The notes: a model not told the origin generated them from the sequence alone. 64,000 bases of DNA from Salmo salar (GCF_905237065.1 NC_059464.1:3047803-3111802); one strand, 5' to 3'; shown: positions 1 to 11,895, counted from the stretch's first letter. A program made the numbers and translations.

Positions 1-2379
1 CATGGCACGGGGTGGGCTTTCCTCTAGTGTTCCCCAAGCAAGGGGGAGGCTGACATCACAACTTCCCATCCAACCAACTCCTTGAATGCCCTATTCCTTG
101 AAGTTTGCAATTGTCTAAACACTATTTTGCTTAAAACCTATTTTTAGCTTTTGGTGTGTGTACTTTACTGTCTTTATACTTGGGATATTACTTGTCCTCC
201 AGTGATGGTGGAAATCTTTAATTATGAATGTCTTCATGGAAGGCTGCAATCTTCAAACAAGCCAATAGGTGGCAGTAACCGATTTGTGTCAAGTTTACAG
301 TCCTTTCTTTGGGAATGCTCTAGTTTAGAAAACACATTTGTGCCAAAGAATTAAGGATTATTGTCAAGAAATTGACTATTTGAAAAGCCCCTGACAAAGA
401 ACAGAAAATGTAAAAGAATAGCAATTTGTGTGACTGCTCATTCAACTGCTTAAACTAAATGAATAATGAGAAAATAATAAAATAAGTCTGGTGCTTTGCA
501 TCTCTTCGTCTGAAAATGTAGGCTACCCTTGAGCTGAAATTAGTTGATGTTAGGCAGGGTTTTTATATTAGTTTAGTTTCACAGATATCTTTCAAGGAGG
601 CATAGCCTACATGACAGTTAGATTGTCTTTTTTCAATAGTAATTCCCTATTTCAAAATAAAAAAACAATTGCTGTCAAATGTACTCAAGTGTGTGTCCTT
701 GAGCTCCATGGTCTTCTACAACGGAAACTGATATAAAAAGGCTTGCTTTTTGGCAGACTGCCAGTATCATCCAACACCCATTTTTTTTCAAAAGCCTTTG
801 GTGGAGCATGTTATGTTATTCCCATCATGAAAAAAGTTGGACACCAATTTCCATAACATGTACATAAGGCCGTTCTATAAACTATGCTGGACAACTGTTA
901 CAGCTGTTGATTCATTGATAATCTACATTTTTTTGTTCATGTCATTACATTAAGATATCAAAGGGGATCACAACTATATTCAATAAAATTCACAAGTTGA
1001 TTTGAAACCTATGTTTAACCCTTTATTATGGTTTGTGCTTTGATGGATTTGTCCAGAATCATGTGACATAAAACATTACTTTTCTGTCCTTGCATTTATG
1101 GAAGAGTAAGTTGTAGTTAAGTATTAATCAGTTAAATTAGACATTGAACTTGAACTCTGTAAAAATTCTTGGATCTAGCTGTTAGACAGTGTTTTTGTAT
1201 AGAGATCTCAGAAATATGCCTGCGTAACATTTCATGTCTCCTTATGTTATGGGTTGAAAACAGTTATCATGGGCACACAAATCCAAAATAATAAATGTGA
1301 TTGCAAAATCAAATGCTTCTAACTGAGTCACCTTATCTTGATACCAGTGGTGGTCAGTGACGTTTAAGATGAGGGATGACCATTTTTTTTAATGAGCCTT
1401 ATTTCTATTACAGCATGTTGGATGACTGTCATTCATATTCCATTCACCCAGCTCAATGTAACATCAATAGGTTTAGGTTACTACATGATACTCAAATTTT
1501 CCCGATAACCATCATGAGGTTGTTACAACCTAGCCTATGAATGAAAGTTTACAACGTAGGTGCACAGGCCGAGAGAAACATTTGAGTAATCAAGGTGACA
1601 GACAGTGACACATTCAATGCCGCCTTGCACACTTGCGTGCATCTAGCTGATCTAGGGTGTAATCATTAGTCCAACAGTTACAAACAAGAGTTTCTATTGG
1701 ACAATTTCAGATATGTTTATCTCCGTTCCGTTTGCTTCTGTTTAAGAAACTTTTTCAACAGAATCGGCAGAATGAATACCCTCATGATAACACGCAAACA
1801 GAGTTCACTTTCATAGCAGCCACATACAAACAGCATGATCACTTTGCTCATTGTAAAGTCCTTCTCGCGTCTACGCGCACTCCTCTCACCTTTTCCCTTC
1901 GCTTGTTGACTTCAGTGCACAACATATCAGCTGTCTGTGACCAGGCTAAGAAACCTTTCCAAGCCAAACCTTCATATCATAACCGCTAACCGCTACACAC
2001 ATCGTTGTCACCATATTAGCTAACTTCATAGGCAACATAGCTAGTTAGTAACCCCGCTACGATCTTTCAGTACCGCCGGGCCACGGTGGCAATAAATTAG
2101 TAACACCAAAAACTTACCTTGACTTCCAGTGTTGGATATTCTTTTTGATATCGATTTGAGCCGCGTGTGTTTGAGTAGGCTAAACTAGCTAGCTGCATTC
2201 GCTAGCTAAGTAAGTGAAACTGAAAAAAAGACTAAATCTCTATCTCTCTCTTGTTTCTCCTTGTTTTGGAAGAAATTAATTTGTTAAAAACTGTTCAACT
2301 ATTGTCTTTCGTTCTCTTTTAGTTAACTTCTCACCACATTGTATGCACTGCAGTGCTACAATGCTTTCAGTACTAGATA

Positions 2380-2655
2380 CATTCTCTGATCCTTTGATTG
2401 GTTGGACAACATGTCAGTTTCAAGAGCCATGCTTCAAGAGTCATGCTTCAAGAGCTCTGATAGGTTGGAGGATGTCCACCGTAAGCTGTCATAATTACTG
2501 TGTAAGTAAGTCTAATCAATTATTTGGTGATGTGAATATATTTTGTTTAGTTTTATCTAAAAATGATAACTTTTTAAATCTTAGAACATTTTGATTTTTA
2601 TGAAACTCACTGAGGAGGATGGTCCTCCCCTTCCTCCTCTGAGGAGCGTCCACTG
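2380..2655. repeat. Dispersed repeat copy A, ending ...CACTGAGGAGGATGGTCCTCCCCTTCCTCCTCTGAGGAGCGTCCACTG
   Basis: About 270 bp aligns by eye to 28810-29215, sharing the same 3' end and internal GATTGGTTGGA(G/C)GA and AATTATTTGGTGA(T/C)(G/A)TGAATATATTT blocks. The overlapping ORFs 2343-2594 and 28908-29165 are artefacts of the repeat. Confidence 0.5.
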
Positions 2656-2675
2656 GTAATCAATCACTAACTTAC

Positions 2676-3395
2676 AGTGCATTCGGAAAGTATTCAAACC
2701 CCTAGACTTTTTCCACACTTTTTTACGTTACAGATTTATTCCTAAATAGATTAAATAGTTTTTTTCCCCTCATCAATCTAAACACAATACCCCATAAAGC
2801 AAAAACAGGGTTTTAGAAATGTTTGCAAAAACAAACATGAAATATCACATTTACATAAGTATTCAGACCCTTTACTCAGTATTTTGTTGAAGCTCCTTTG
2901 ACAGCGATTACAGCCTCAAGTCTTCTTGGATATGATGCTACAAGCATGGCACACCGTGATTTGGGGAGTTTCTCCCATTCTTATCCTGCAGATCCTCTTA
3001 AGCTTTGTCAGGTTGGATGGGGAGTGTCGCTGCACTGCTACTTTTAGGTCTCTCCAGAGCTGTTCGATCGGGGTCAATTCCTGGCTCTGGCTGGGCCACT
3101 AAAGGACATTCAGAGACTTGTCCTGTTGAAAGGTGAACATTTGCCACCTGTCTGAGGTCCTGAGCGCTCTGGAGCAGGTTTTCATTAAGGATCTCTCTCT
3201 ACTTTGCTCCGTTCATCTTTCCCTCGATCCTGACTAGTCTCCCAGTCCCTGCCACTGAAAAACATCCCCATGGCATGATGCTGCCACCACCATGCCTCAC
3301 CGTAGGGATGGTATTGGCTAGATGATGAAAAAGGCTGTAACGTAACAAAATGTGGAAAATGTGAAGGGGTCTGAATACTTTCCGTATGCACTAGG
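2676..3395 (-). mobile_element. Internally deleted Tc1-like element (about 720 bp, MITE-like) with both ITRs
   Basis: The left end reads CAGTGCATTCGGAAAGTATTCAAACCCCTAGACTTTTTCCACACTTTTTTACGTTACAG. The inverted copy is at 3340-3395 (TAACGTAACAAAATGTGGAAAATGTGAAGGGGTCTGAATACTTTCCGTATGCACT). The minus-strand ORF 3185-3499 retains Tc1 transposase C-terminal residues ([23 protein letters not shown]...). Confidence 0.75.
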
Positions 3396-3499
3396 TGCCT
3401 TTCAGAACCCCTTTCGGTTTTGTTTTGGTTATCAAAGAGATTTTCTTTGTTGTGAGCGACATATTGAGTTTGTCTTGTGGGAACATAACACCCAGTCAC

Positions 3500-4283
3500 T
3501 ACAAAGACGCAGGCATCCTTCCTAAATCAGTTGCCATGAGGCCAATGGTGACATTAAAACAGTTACAAAGTTTACTGGCTGTGATGGATCAACAACATTG
3601 TAGTTACTCCACAATACTAACCTAAATGACAGAGTGAAAAGAGGCAAGCCTGTACAGAATAAAAATATTCCAAAACACGCATCCTGTTTGCAATAAGTCA
3701 CTAAAGTAAAACTGCAACAAATGTGGCAAAGAAATGTACTTCATGTCCTGAATACAAAGCATTATGTTTGGGGAAAATCGAACACAACACATGACTGCTC
3801 TTCATATTTTCAAGCACGGTGGTGGCTGCATGTTATTGGTATGCTTGTCATTGACAAAGACTAGGGAGTTTTTTTTATTATAAAACTAAATGGAATAGAG
3901 CTAAGCACAAGCAAAATTCTAGAGGGAAAGCTGGTTCAGTCTGCTTTCCAACAGGCAAATTCACCTTTCAGCAGGACAATAACCTAATACAGAAGGCCAA
4001 ATATACAATGGAGTTGCTTACCAAGACAACCATTGAAGGTTCCTGAGTGGCCTAGTTACAGTATTGACCTAAATCGGCTTGAAAATCAATGGCAAGACTT
4101 GAAAATGGCTGTCTAGCAATGATCAACAACCAACTTGACATAATTTGAAGGATTTTTAAAAGAATAATGTGCAAATATTGTAAGACCCGGTGTGCAAAGC
4201 TTAGAGATTTACCCAGAAAGCTATTATCACTGCCAAAGGTGATTATAACATGTATTGACTCAGGGGATTGAATACTTATCTTA
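3500..4283 (+). mobile_element. Tc1-like element, 5'-truncated, with a degraded transposase C-terminal half
   Basis: The plus frame gives ...GGCMLLVCLSLTKTREFF...FTFQQDNNLIQKAKYTMELLTK..., a DDE-region remnant with stops. It is about 80% identical to the copy at 19255-20268 and starts at the same internal point (CCATGAGGCCAATGGTGA). Confidence 0.7.
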
Positions 4284-5850
4284 TCTGGATTCGGCTATTT
4301 CAGCCACACCTTATGCTAACAGGTGTATAAAATCGAACACAATCATGCAGTTTCCATAGACAAACATTGACAGTAGAATGGCCTTACTGAAGAGCTCAGT
4401 AACTTTCAACGTGGCACCTTCATAGGATGCCACCTTTCTAACAAGTCAGTTTATCAAATTTCTGCCCTGCTAGAGCAGTCCTAGTCAACTGTAAGTTCTG
4501 TTATTGTGAAGTGGAAAGGTCTAGGAGCAACAATGGCTCAGCTGCAAAGTGGTAGGCCACACAAGCTCACAGAACAGGACCGCCGAGTGCTGAAGCGTGT
4601 AAAAACAGTCTGTCCTCGGTTGCAACACTCTGCCTCTGGAAGCAACATCAGCACAATAACTGTTCATCAGGAGCTTCATGAAATGGGTTTCCATGGCCGA
4701 GCAGCCGCACACAAGCTTATGATCACCATGCGCAATTCCAAGCGTTGACTGGAGTGATGTAAAGCTCGCCCCGATTGGACTGTGGAGCAGTGGAAACACA
4801 TTCTCTCTCTCTGGCAGTCGGACGGACGAATCTGGATTTGGCGGATGCCAGGAGAACGCTACCTGCCCCAATGCATAGTGCCAACTGTAAAGTTTGGTGG
4901 AGGAGGAATAATGGTCTGGGGCTGTTTTTCATGGTTTGGGCTAGGCCCCTTAGTTCCATTGAAGGGAAGTGAAATATTCATATTTTTTGTTAAAAACAAC
5001 AACTTTTTACAGCTTTTTCATGATATCCAATTGGTAATTACAGTCTTGTCCTATCGTTGCAACTCCCGTACGGACTCGGGAGAGGTGAAGATCGAGAGCC
5101 ATGCGTCCTCCAAAACAAGACCTTGCCAAACCGCACTGCTTCTTGACACATTGCTCGCTTAACAGGGAAGCCAGCCGCACCAATGTGTCGGAGGAAACAT
5201 AGTACAACTTGCGACCGCGTCAGCATGCATGCGCCCGGCCCGCCTCAGGAGTCGCTAGAACGTGATGGGACAAGGACATCCCGGCTGGCCAAATCCTCCC
5301 CTAACCAACGCTGGGCCAATTGTGCACAGTCTCATGGGTCTCCGGTCGCGGCCAGCTGCGACACAGCCCGGGATCGAACCTGGATCTGTAGTGACGCCTC
5401 AAGCACTGCAGTGCCTTAGACCGCTGCGCCACTCGGGAGGCCTGAAGGGAAATCTTAACACTACAGCATACAATGACATTCTAGACAATTCTGTGCTTCC
5501 TACTTTGTGGCAACAGTTTGGGATAGGCCTTTTCCTGTTTCAGCATAACAATGCACCTGTGCACAAAGCGAGGTCTACACAGAAATGGTTTGTCGAGATC
5601 GGTGTGGAAAAACTTGACTGGCTTGCACAGAGCCTTGACCTCAACACCTTTGGGATGAATTGAAACACCGACTGCGAGCCAGGTCTAATCGCCCAACATC
5701 AGTGCCCGCAGCAATGTTCTAACATCTAGTAGAAAGTCTTCCCAGAAGAGTATAGGCAGCAAAGGGGGGATCAACTCCATATTAATCCCCATGATTTTGG
5801 AATGAGATGTTCGACGAGCACTTGTCCACATACTTTTGGTCATGTAGTGT
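4284..5850 (+). mobile_element. Tc1-like transposon (transposase pseudogene) with a nested SINE
   Basis: ORFs 4506-4748 and 4782-5162 encode an N-terminal region (MAQLQSGRPHKLTEQDRRVLKRV...) and a DDE region ([60 protein letters not shown]). After a 474-bp SINE the frame resumes ([24 protein letters not shown]...PVHKARSTQKWFVEIGVEKLDWLAQSLDLN). The right end is GGTGTCCACATACTTTTGGTCATGTAGTG. It is the same family as 8700-9922 in opposite orientation. Confidence 0.8.
4969..5442 (-). mobile_element. tRNA-derived SINE (salmonid HpaI-like), full length, inserted in the Tc1 transposase ORF
   Basis: The reverse complement begins GGCCTCCCGAGTGGCGCAGCGGTCTAAGGCACTGCAGTGC...GGTTCGATCCCGGGCTGTGTCGCAGC, which is a tRNA-like head with A/B-box-like motifs. 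The body matches the HpaI-family SINE consensus as I recall it. It is flanked by a 9-bp direct repeat, TGAAGGGAA, at 4960-4968 and 5443-5451. Confidence 0.8.
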
Positions 5851-7439
5851 ATTAGTGTTTTGTTTTTCATGTTTTTTTATACAAATGTTAGAATTTTTCT
5901 TCCACTTTGACATGACAGATTATAAGGGTATTTCTATAAATAATTTAGCCAATGGCATCAACATTTCAAAATGGTTTGAAACAAAAATAAAAAGATTTGC
6001 ATGCAGTTCCACATGTGTACTTAGAGCAGGTATTCCCAAACTGGGGTATTTTCCATCAGGGGAACACCAAATAAAAATGATAAACCTTCGTAGTACCTAC
6101 AAAAGCTATAAATAACACCTGAGATAGACAGTCGTCAACATTCATAAACATCACAGAGAGCACCTGGTTAAACCTCTACTGACTATCAGCCAGTCTCCCC
6201 TCAACTGTAGTGTCCCCCCCTACTTAACCAGAGACCTGGTATGTACTTTGTTTCCTTTTAAACAGGAAGAGTCCTGTCCTGTCTCTCAGTATTAGGAGGA
6301 CGCTGAAGCTGGTGCATCACAAAGAGGCTGGCTGTAGGGGATGCAGTCTGTTAACCCCCTGGGTCAGACCCTGGGTATTACTGGGCCACGGTAGGAGTTC
6401 TGGGTGACAGAGCCTTTATCTGTTGCTTCACAACACGTGAACCAGCAGAATGGGTGAGCTCACAGAAGCCTCTTGGGATTTTACCTGAGCGGGAGGAAGA
6501 GACAAAAGGAGGAAGGGTCAGCATACTTATATTTCATGTTACTATGTAATGTCATGACTTATGTTAAGCTGAGTCATTGCGCTATCTGAAGTAAGACAAT
6601 GAAACCCTCCATTAAAGATTTTTAACTAAAATTACCCAAAAAATTCACATACTTATATAATTCTTAACCAGTGTAATATTAAGACACTCATACTTAGTTA
6701 CTAGCAAATTAAAGTAGGGTCACTTAAATCTGCTGATGGTAGGCCTACAACAAGTATGATCCAATAAGGAGGTGTTAGAAGATGTTATATGTACAATGGT
6801 ATTACAAAAGAAACCATTAGCTAAGTGAAAGAGTCAAAGAGGGGATTATGTACTGCTGTTTAATGCCAATAGGGGGCGTTCTACTCTACTGTTAAAGGAT
6901 GGTGGTAGAGGTCTTCGCGGGTTCCGAAATGGACCTGGGGCTTTCCCACCCGGACTTGTAAATGTTTTTTTTTTTAATATAGAGACCTGTTCCAAACGGA
7001 CCCGAGGCAACTACACCCGTTTCGTATATAGATCTGGTCGGATTCAGACCCGATCTGATCCGAGTGAGGTAAGCAGCAGAAAATGTATTTTTTAAGCAAT
7101 TTTACTAACCAGAGCTGATAAAGCGCAACAGGAAGGAGAGAGGTGCTGCTCTACCAAGCTGGGAGGGGCTGTACTGTGAGTGAGTGACACGGGGGGAGGC
7201 ATACTTAGGCAGCCTTTCCCCACCTGTAGTTGTGGGATCTTATTTTTGTACTGCTTGTTTGTACTGCTTGCCTGCAAGGCGTGACGGTCGTCTGTCATTT
7301 GTTTATGTTTAAGTGTTCTGATTTATAATAAATAATAAGATGAAAACTCACCACGCTGCACCTTGGTCTACTCCTTTGGACGGTCGTTACACAATTTCTA
7401 TTCTTGCACAAAATATATAAATTCACTTTCAATGACCCA

Positions 7440-7810
7440 TGTCTAGTTTCAAAAACTTTCAAGGCCCTGATTTTTCTTTTCTCAAATTCACAAACTTTCA
7501 AGGATTTCAAGGACCCGTGGGAACCCTGTGGATTAGTGTTAGTTTGCTATGTTGTCTATTGAGTCTGGCTTTTATCATTCTGCTGCTGATTGGTTTCCAT
7601 TCCAGCTTTCTCTACCCTTTTCTGTAGGATGATGGCGACACCTTCACGATGTTGTCCGTCCTCCCGTCCAAAATGTAGTACTGTTTCTCCAGTGCTGGTT
7701 CTCGTGGAACCAGAGCTAGTCCACCTGGCTTCACTCACACCCAGGATCTCTAGCTTGTATCTCCTAATTTCTTTGGTAACCTGTGCAAGCTTTCCGGACT
7801 CAAACACTGT
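7440..7810 (-). mobile_element. LINE fragment covering the N-terminus of the ORF2 apurinic-type endonuclease
   Basis: Minus ORF 7556-7807 reads ...IRRYKLEILGVSEARWTSSGSTRTSTGETVLHFGREDGQHREGVAIILQK, the typical start of a LINE endonuclease domain. The long plus ORF 7590-8084 lies antisense to it and is not a gene. Confidence 0.5.
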
Positions 7811-8094
7811 TCAAACATTCCATAAGCCAACATGCAGTTTGTTTTTGGTGATCAGTGCTCCCACCTTCACGTCACCAGCTTCCCGTAGGTTTTCACTGAT
7901 GGCGGTCAGACAAGCCTGGGACTCTGGGAGATCTTTGCATCCAGTTGTAGGATTGTTATTTGTTGCTGTTTTTGTAGCACAAAGGTTTTACTGGATGGGG
8001 TTGCTAGCCCCTTTCCCAACTGTCCACCATTTCTGGTTTCGGCAGATCAGTCTGGGTCACTGTCACTCATTTTCTGTCCAGTGAAATTCATGCC

Positions 8095-8215
8095 CTTTCT
8101 CTCTCTCACTCTCGCTCTGTCTCTCTTGATCTCTCTGTCTGTCTGTCTGTCTCGGTCTCTCTCTATCGCTTACTCGCTCTCCTTTTCTTTCTTTTTCTCC
8201 CTCTCTATTTCCATA
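8095..8215. repeat. CT-rich compound microsatellite (CTCT/CTGT)n
   Basis: Read directly from the sequence. Confidence 0.8.
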
Positions 8216-8616
8216 TCCTGATATTTTAAACAATGTAACATCTTCGCCTTTCAGTTAATGAATGACTGAGTTAAACTTGAGAAACCTGGTTTTATGAGGA
8301 CTCATTCTCTGGCCAATCACTTTAGTCTCTGGGAGAAAATGAAATGGGCTGGATGTTTTTTGTCAACATCCTGTTATTCAAAGAAGAGTCAAGTATTGAA
8401 TTCGAGTAACTAACACAGATCTCAAAGTTAGTATGCCTTTCTGCACAACGCCATTCCTCACTCTGATGTTCAGTAAGCTTTGCTCGTTAGCAAACGAATT
8501 AGCCACATTCCTGCACCTGCGTGAGAGGTTGGAGTTTAAAGAGTTCAATCGTTTGACAGTACGGAGAAGAAGAAAAAAAAGTATGATATGTATGAAATGT
8601 ATACATTCACTACTGT

Positions 8617-8690
8617 AAGTCGCTCTGGATAAGAGCGTCTGCTAAATGACTAAAATGTAAAATGTAAATGACATAAAAAGTGTTTGTTAA
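8617..8690 (+). repeat. SINE/LINE 3'-tail fragment (CATTCACTACTGTAAGTCGCTCTGGATAAGAGCGTCTGCTAAATGACTAAAATGTAAA), preceded by an A-run
   Basis: The same roughly 60-bp unit ends the tRNA-headed SINEs at 11566-11733 and 63343-63480. It also occurs at 27855-27925 and in inverted form at 54540-54600. Confidence 0.5.
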
Positions 8691-8699
8691 TACTGCCTC

Positions 8700-9922
8700 A
8701 GGCATAAGTTTCACTACATGACCAAAAGTATGTGGACACCTGCTCGGTGAACATCTCATTCCAAAATCATGGGCATTAATACAGAGTTGGTCCCCCCTTG
8801 CTGCCATAACAGCCACCACTCTTCTGGGAAGGCTTTCCACTAGATGTTGGAATATTGCTGCGGGGACTTGCTTCCATTCAGCCACAACAGCATTAGTGAG
8901 GTCTGGTACTGATGTTGGCGATTAGGCCTGGCTTGCAGTCGGCGTTCCAATTCATCCCAAAGGTGTTCGATGGGGTTGAGGTCAAGGCTCTGTGCAGGCC
9001 AGTCAAGTTCCTCCACACCAATCTCGAAAAACCATTTCTGTATTGACCTCGCTTTGTGCAAGCGGGCATTTTCATTCTGAAACAGGAAAGGGCCTTACCT
9101 AAACTGTTGCCACAAAGTTGGAAGCACAGAATCGTCTAGAATGTAATTGTATGCTATAGCATTAAGATTTCCCTTCACTCGAACTAAGGGGCCTAGCCCG
9201 AACCATGAAAAACATCCCCAGACAATTATTCCTCCTCCACCAACTTTACAGTTGGCACTATGCATTGAGGCAGAAGCGTTCTCCTGTCATCCGCCAAATC
9301 CAGATTCGTCCGTTGGACTTCCAAGCCAGATAGTGAAGCGTGATTCATCACTCCAGAGAACGCTTTCCACTGCTCCAGAGTCCAATGGCGGCTGCGAGCT
9401 TTACACCACTCCAGCCGACGCTTGGGTTTGAGCATAGTGTGCTTAGGCTTGTGTGCAGCTGCTCAGCCATGGAAACCCATTCTATGAAGCTCCCAACGAA
9501 CAATTATTGTACTGACGTTGCTTCCAGAGGCAGTTTGGAACTCGGTAGTGTGTGTTGCAATCGAGGACAGGCGATTTTTACACCCTTCAGCACTCGGTGG
9601 TCCAGTTCTGTGAGTTTGTGTGGCCTACCACTTCACGGCTGAGCCGTTGTTGCTCCTAGACGTTTCCACTTCACAATAACAGCCGTTACAGTTGACCGGG
9701 GCAGCTCTAGCAGGGCAGAAATTTGATGAATTGACTTGTACGAAAGGTGGCATCCTATGACGGTGCTACGTTGAAAGTCACTGAGCTCTTTCATAAGTCC
9801 ATTCTACTGCCAATGTTTGTCTAGGGAGATTGCATAGTTGTGTGCTTGATTTTATACACCTGTCAGCAACTGGTGTGGCTGAAATAGCTGAATCCACTTA
9901 TTTAAAGGGGTGTCCACATACT
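8700..9922 (-). mobile_element. Tc1-like transposon, the same family as 4284-5850 without the SINE; near full length and inverted
   Basis: Minus ORFs 8840-9061 and 8610-8885 cover the transposase C-terminus (WFFEIGVEELDWPAQSLDLNPIEHLWDELERRL...). Sequence through 9900 is collinear with the plus copy. The terminal repeats are CATGACCAAAAGTATGTGGACACC at the low end and GGTGTCCACATACTTTTGTATGTA at the high end. Confidence 0.85.
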
Positions 9923-9930
9923 TTTGTATG

Positions 9931-10111
9931 TACAGTGCCTTCGGAAAGTATTAAGACCCCTTGACTTTTTCCTCCTTTTGTTACGTTACAGCCTTATTCT
10001 TAATGGATTAAATATACTTTTTTTCCAATTCAATCCATTTTAGAATAAGGCTGTAACATCACAAAATGTGGAAAAAGAGAAGGGGTCTGAATACTTTCCG
10101 AATGCACTGTA
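9931..10111. mobile_element. Miniature Tc1-derived element made only of two ITRs (about 180 bp)
   Basis: TACAGTGCCTTCGGAAAGTATTAAGACCCCTTGACTTTTTCCTCCTTTTGTTACGTTACAGCCTTATTCTTAATGGATTAAAT is followed by its inverted copy, which ends CACAAAATGTGGAAAAAGAGAAGGGGTCTGAATACTTTCCGAATGCACTGTA. Confidence 0.7.
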
Positions 10112-10134
10112 TATGTGTTTATATATATATATGT

Positions 10135-10200
<66 letters not shown>
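10112..10200. repeat. (TA)n / (TATATGTGTT) microsatellite
   Basis: Read directly. It appears to replace the outer ITR of the adjacent Tc1 element. Confidence 0.9.
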
Positions 10201-10203
<3 letters not shown>

Positions 10204-11895
10204 CATTTTTCCTATTTTGTTGCCTTACAACCTGGAATTAAAATGGATTGTTTGGGGGTTTGTATCATTTGATTTACACAACATGCCTACCACTTTGAAG
10301 ATGCAATATATTTTTTATTGATAAACAAACAAGAAATAAGACAAAAAAACTGAAAACTTGAGCGTGCATAACTATTCACCCCCCAAAGTCAATACTTTGT
10401 AGAGCCACCTTTTGCTGAAATTACAGCTGCAAGTCTCTTGGGGTATGTCTCTATAAGCTTGGCACATCGAGCCACTGGGATTTTTGACCTTTCTTCAAGG
10501 CAAAACTGCTCCAGCTCCTTCAAGTTGGATGGGTTCTCCTGGTGTACTGCAATTTTTAAGTCATCCCACAGATTCTCAATCGGATTGAGGTCTGGTCTTT
10601 GACTAGGCCATTCCAAGACATTTAATGTTTTCCCTTAAACCACTTGATTGTTGCTTTAGCAGGGTCATTGTCCTGCTGGAAGGTGAACCTCTGTCCTAGT
10701 CTCAAATCACTGGAAGACTGAAACAGGTTTCCCTCAAGAATTTCCCTGTATTTAGCACCCTCCATCATTCTTTCAATTCGGCTCAGTTATCCATTCCCTG
10801 CCGATGAAAAACATCCTCACAGAATGATGCTGCCACCACCATGCTTCACTGTGGGGATGGTGTTCTCGGGGTGATGCGAGGTGTTGGGTTTGCACCAGAC
10901 ATTACATTTTCCTTGATGGCCAAATAGCAACATTTTAGTCTCATCTGACCAGAATACCTTCTTCCATATGTTTGGGGAGTCTCCCACATGCCTTTTGGCA
11001 AACACCAAATGTGTTTGCTTATTTTTTCTTTAAGCATGGCTTTTTTCTGGCCACTCTTCCGTAAAGGCCAGCTCTATGGCGTGTACGGCTTAAAGTGGTC
11101 CTATGGACAGATACTCCAATCTCTGCTGTGGAGCTTTGCAGCTCCTTCAGGGTTATCTTTAATCTCTTTGTTGCCTCTCTGATTAATGCCCTTCTTGCCT
11201 GGTTCGTGAGTTTTGGTGGGCGGCCCTCTCTTGGCAGGTTTGTTGTGGTGCCATATTCTTAAAAAAATTTAATAATGGATTTAATGGTGATCCATGGGAT
11301 GTTCAAAGTTTCGGATAACTCAACCCTGATCTGTACTTCTCCAGAATGTTGTCCCTGACCTGTATGGAGAGCTCCTTGGTCTTCATGGTGCAGCTTGGTG
11401 GTGTTGCAGACTCTGGGGCCATTCAGATCAGGTGTATATATACTGAGATCATGTGACACTTAGATTGCACACAGGTGGACTTTATTTAACTAATTATGTG
11501 ACTTCTGAAGGAAATTGGTTGTGGCAGATCTTTTTTAGGGGCTTCATAGCAAAAGGGACGAATACATAGTCCCGTGTGGCTCAGTTGGTAGAGCATGGTG
11601 TTTGCAACGCCAGGGTTGTGGGTTCAATTCCCACGGGGGACCAGTACGGGGGGAAAAAATTATGAAATGTATGCATTCACTACTGTAAGTCGCTCTTGAT
11701 AAGAGCATCTGCTAAATGACTAAAATGTAATGTACATATGCATGCACCACTTTTCCGTTTTTTTTATTTTTTATTTTTTCATTTCACTTCACCAATTTCA
11801 TGAAATCCACATAAAAATCTATTTAAAATGCAGGTTGTAATGCAACAAAATAGGAAATACACCAAGGGGGATGAATACCTTTGCAAGGCACTGTA
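10201..11895 (-). mobile_element. Tc1-like transposon (transposase pseudogene) with a nested tRNA-derived SINE
   Basis: The minus ORFs carry the C-terminus ([75 protein letters not shown]), the DDE region (GGGSIIL...) and an N-terminal segment (...IIKKF...). The right ITR is ...GGAAATACACCAAGGGGGATGAATACCTTTGCAAGGCACTGTA at 11850-11895. The matching sub-terminal sequence TTCCTATTTTGTTGCCTTACAACCTGGAATTAAAATGG is at 10210-10250. Confidence 0.75.
11566..11733 (+). mobile_element. tRNA-derived SINE: tRNA-like head plus the conserved TGTAAGTCGCTC...CTAAATGA tail
   Basis: The head reads GTGGCTCAGTTGGTAGAGCATGGTGTTTGCAACGCCAGGGTTGTGGGTTCAATTCCCACGGGGGACCAG, with A- and B-box-like motifs, followed by an A-run and the tail. 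It is not a functional tRNA because the acceptor stem is broken. Confidence 0.7.

Noticed and set aside
1-2000. AT-rich region with small ORFs (151-354 and 1732-1989)
   Set aside because: No similarity, no repeats and no splice signals were seen. It is treated as unannotated intergenic or intronic DNA.
7590-8084. A 164-aa plus ORF
   Set aside because: It lies antisense to a LINE endonuclease fragment and runs into a CT-rich simple repeat. It has no domain and no start context.
11566-11640. tRNA-like sequences (also at 63343-63420 and 4969-5060) that might be tRNA genes
   Set aside because: They are SINE heads. The acceptor stem and 3' end are not those of a complete tRNA, and each is followed by a SINE body and tail.
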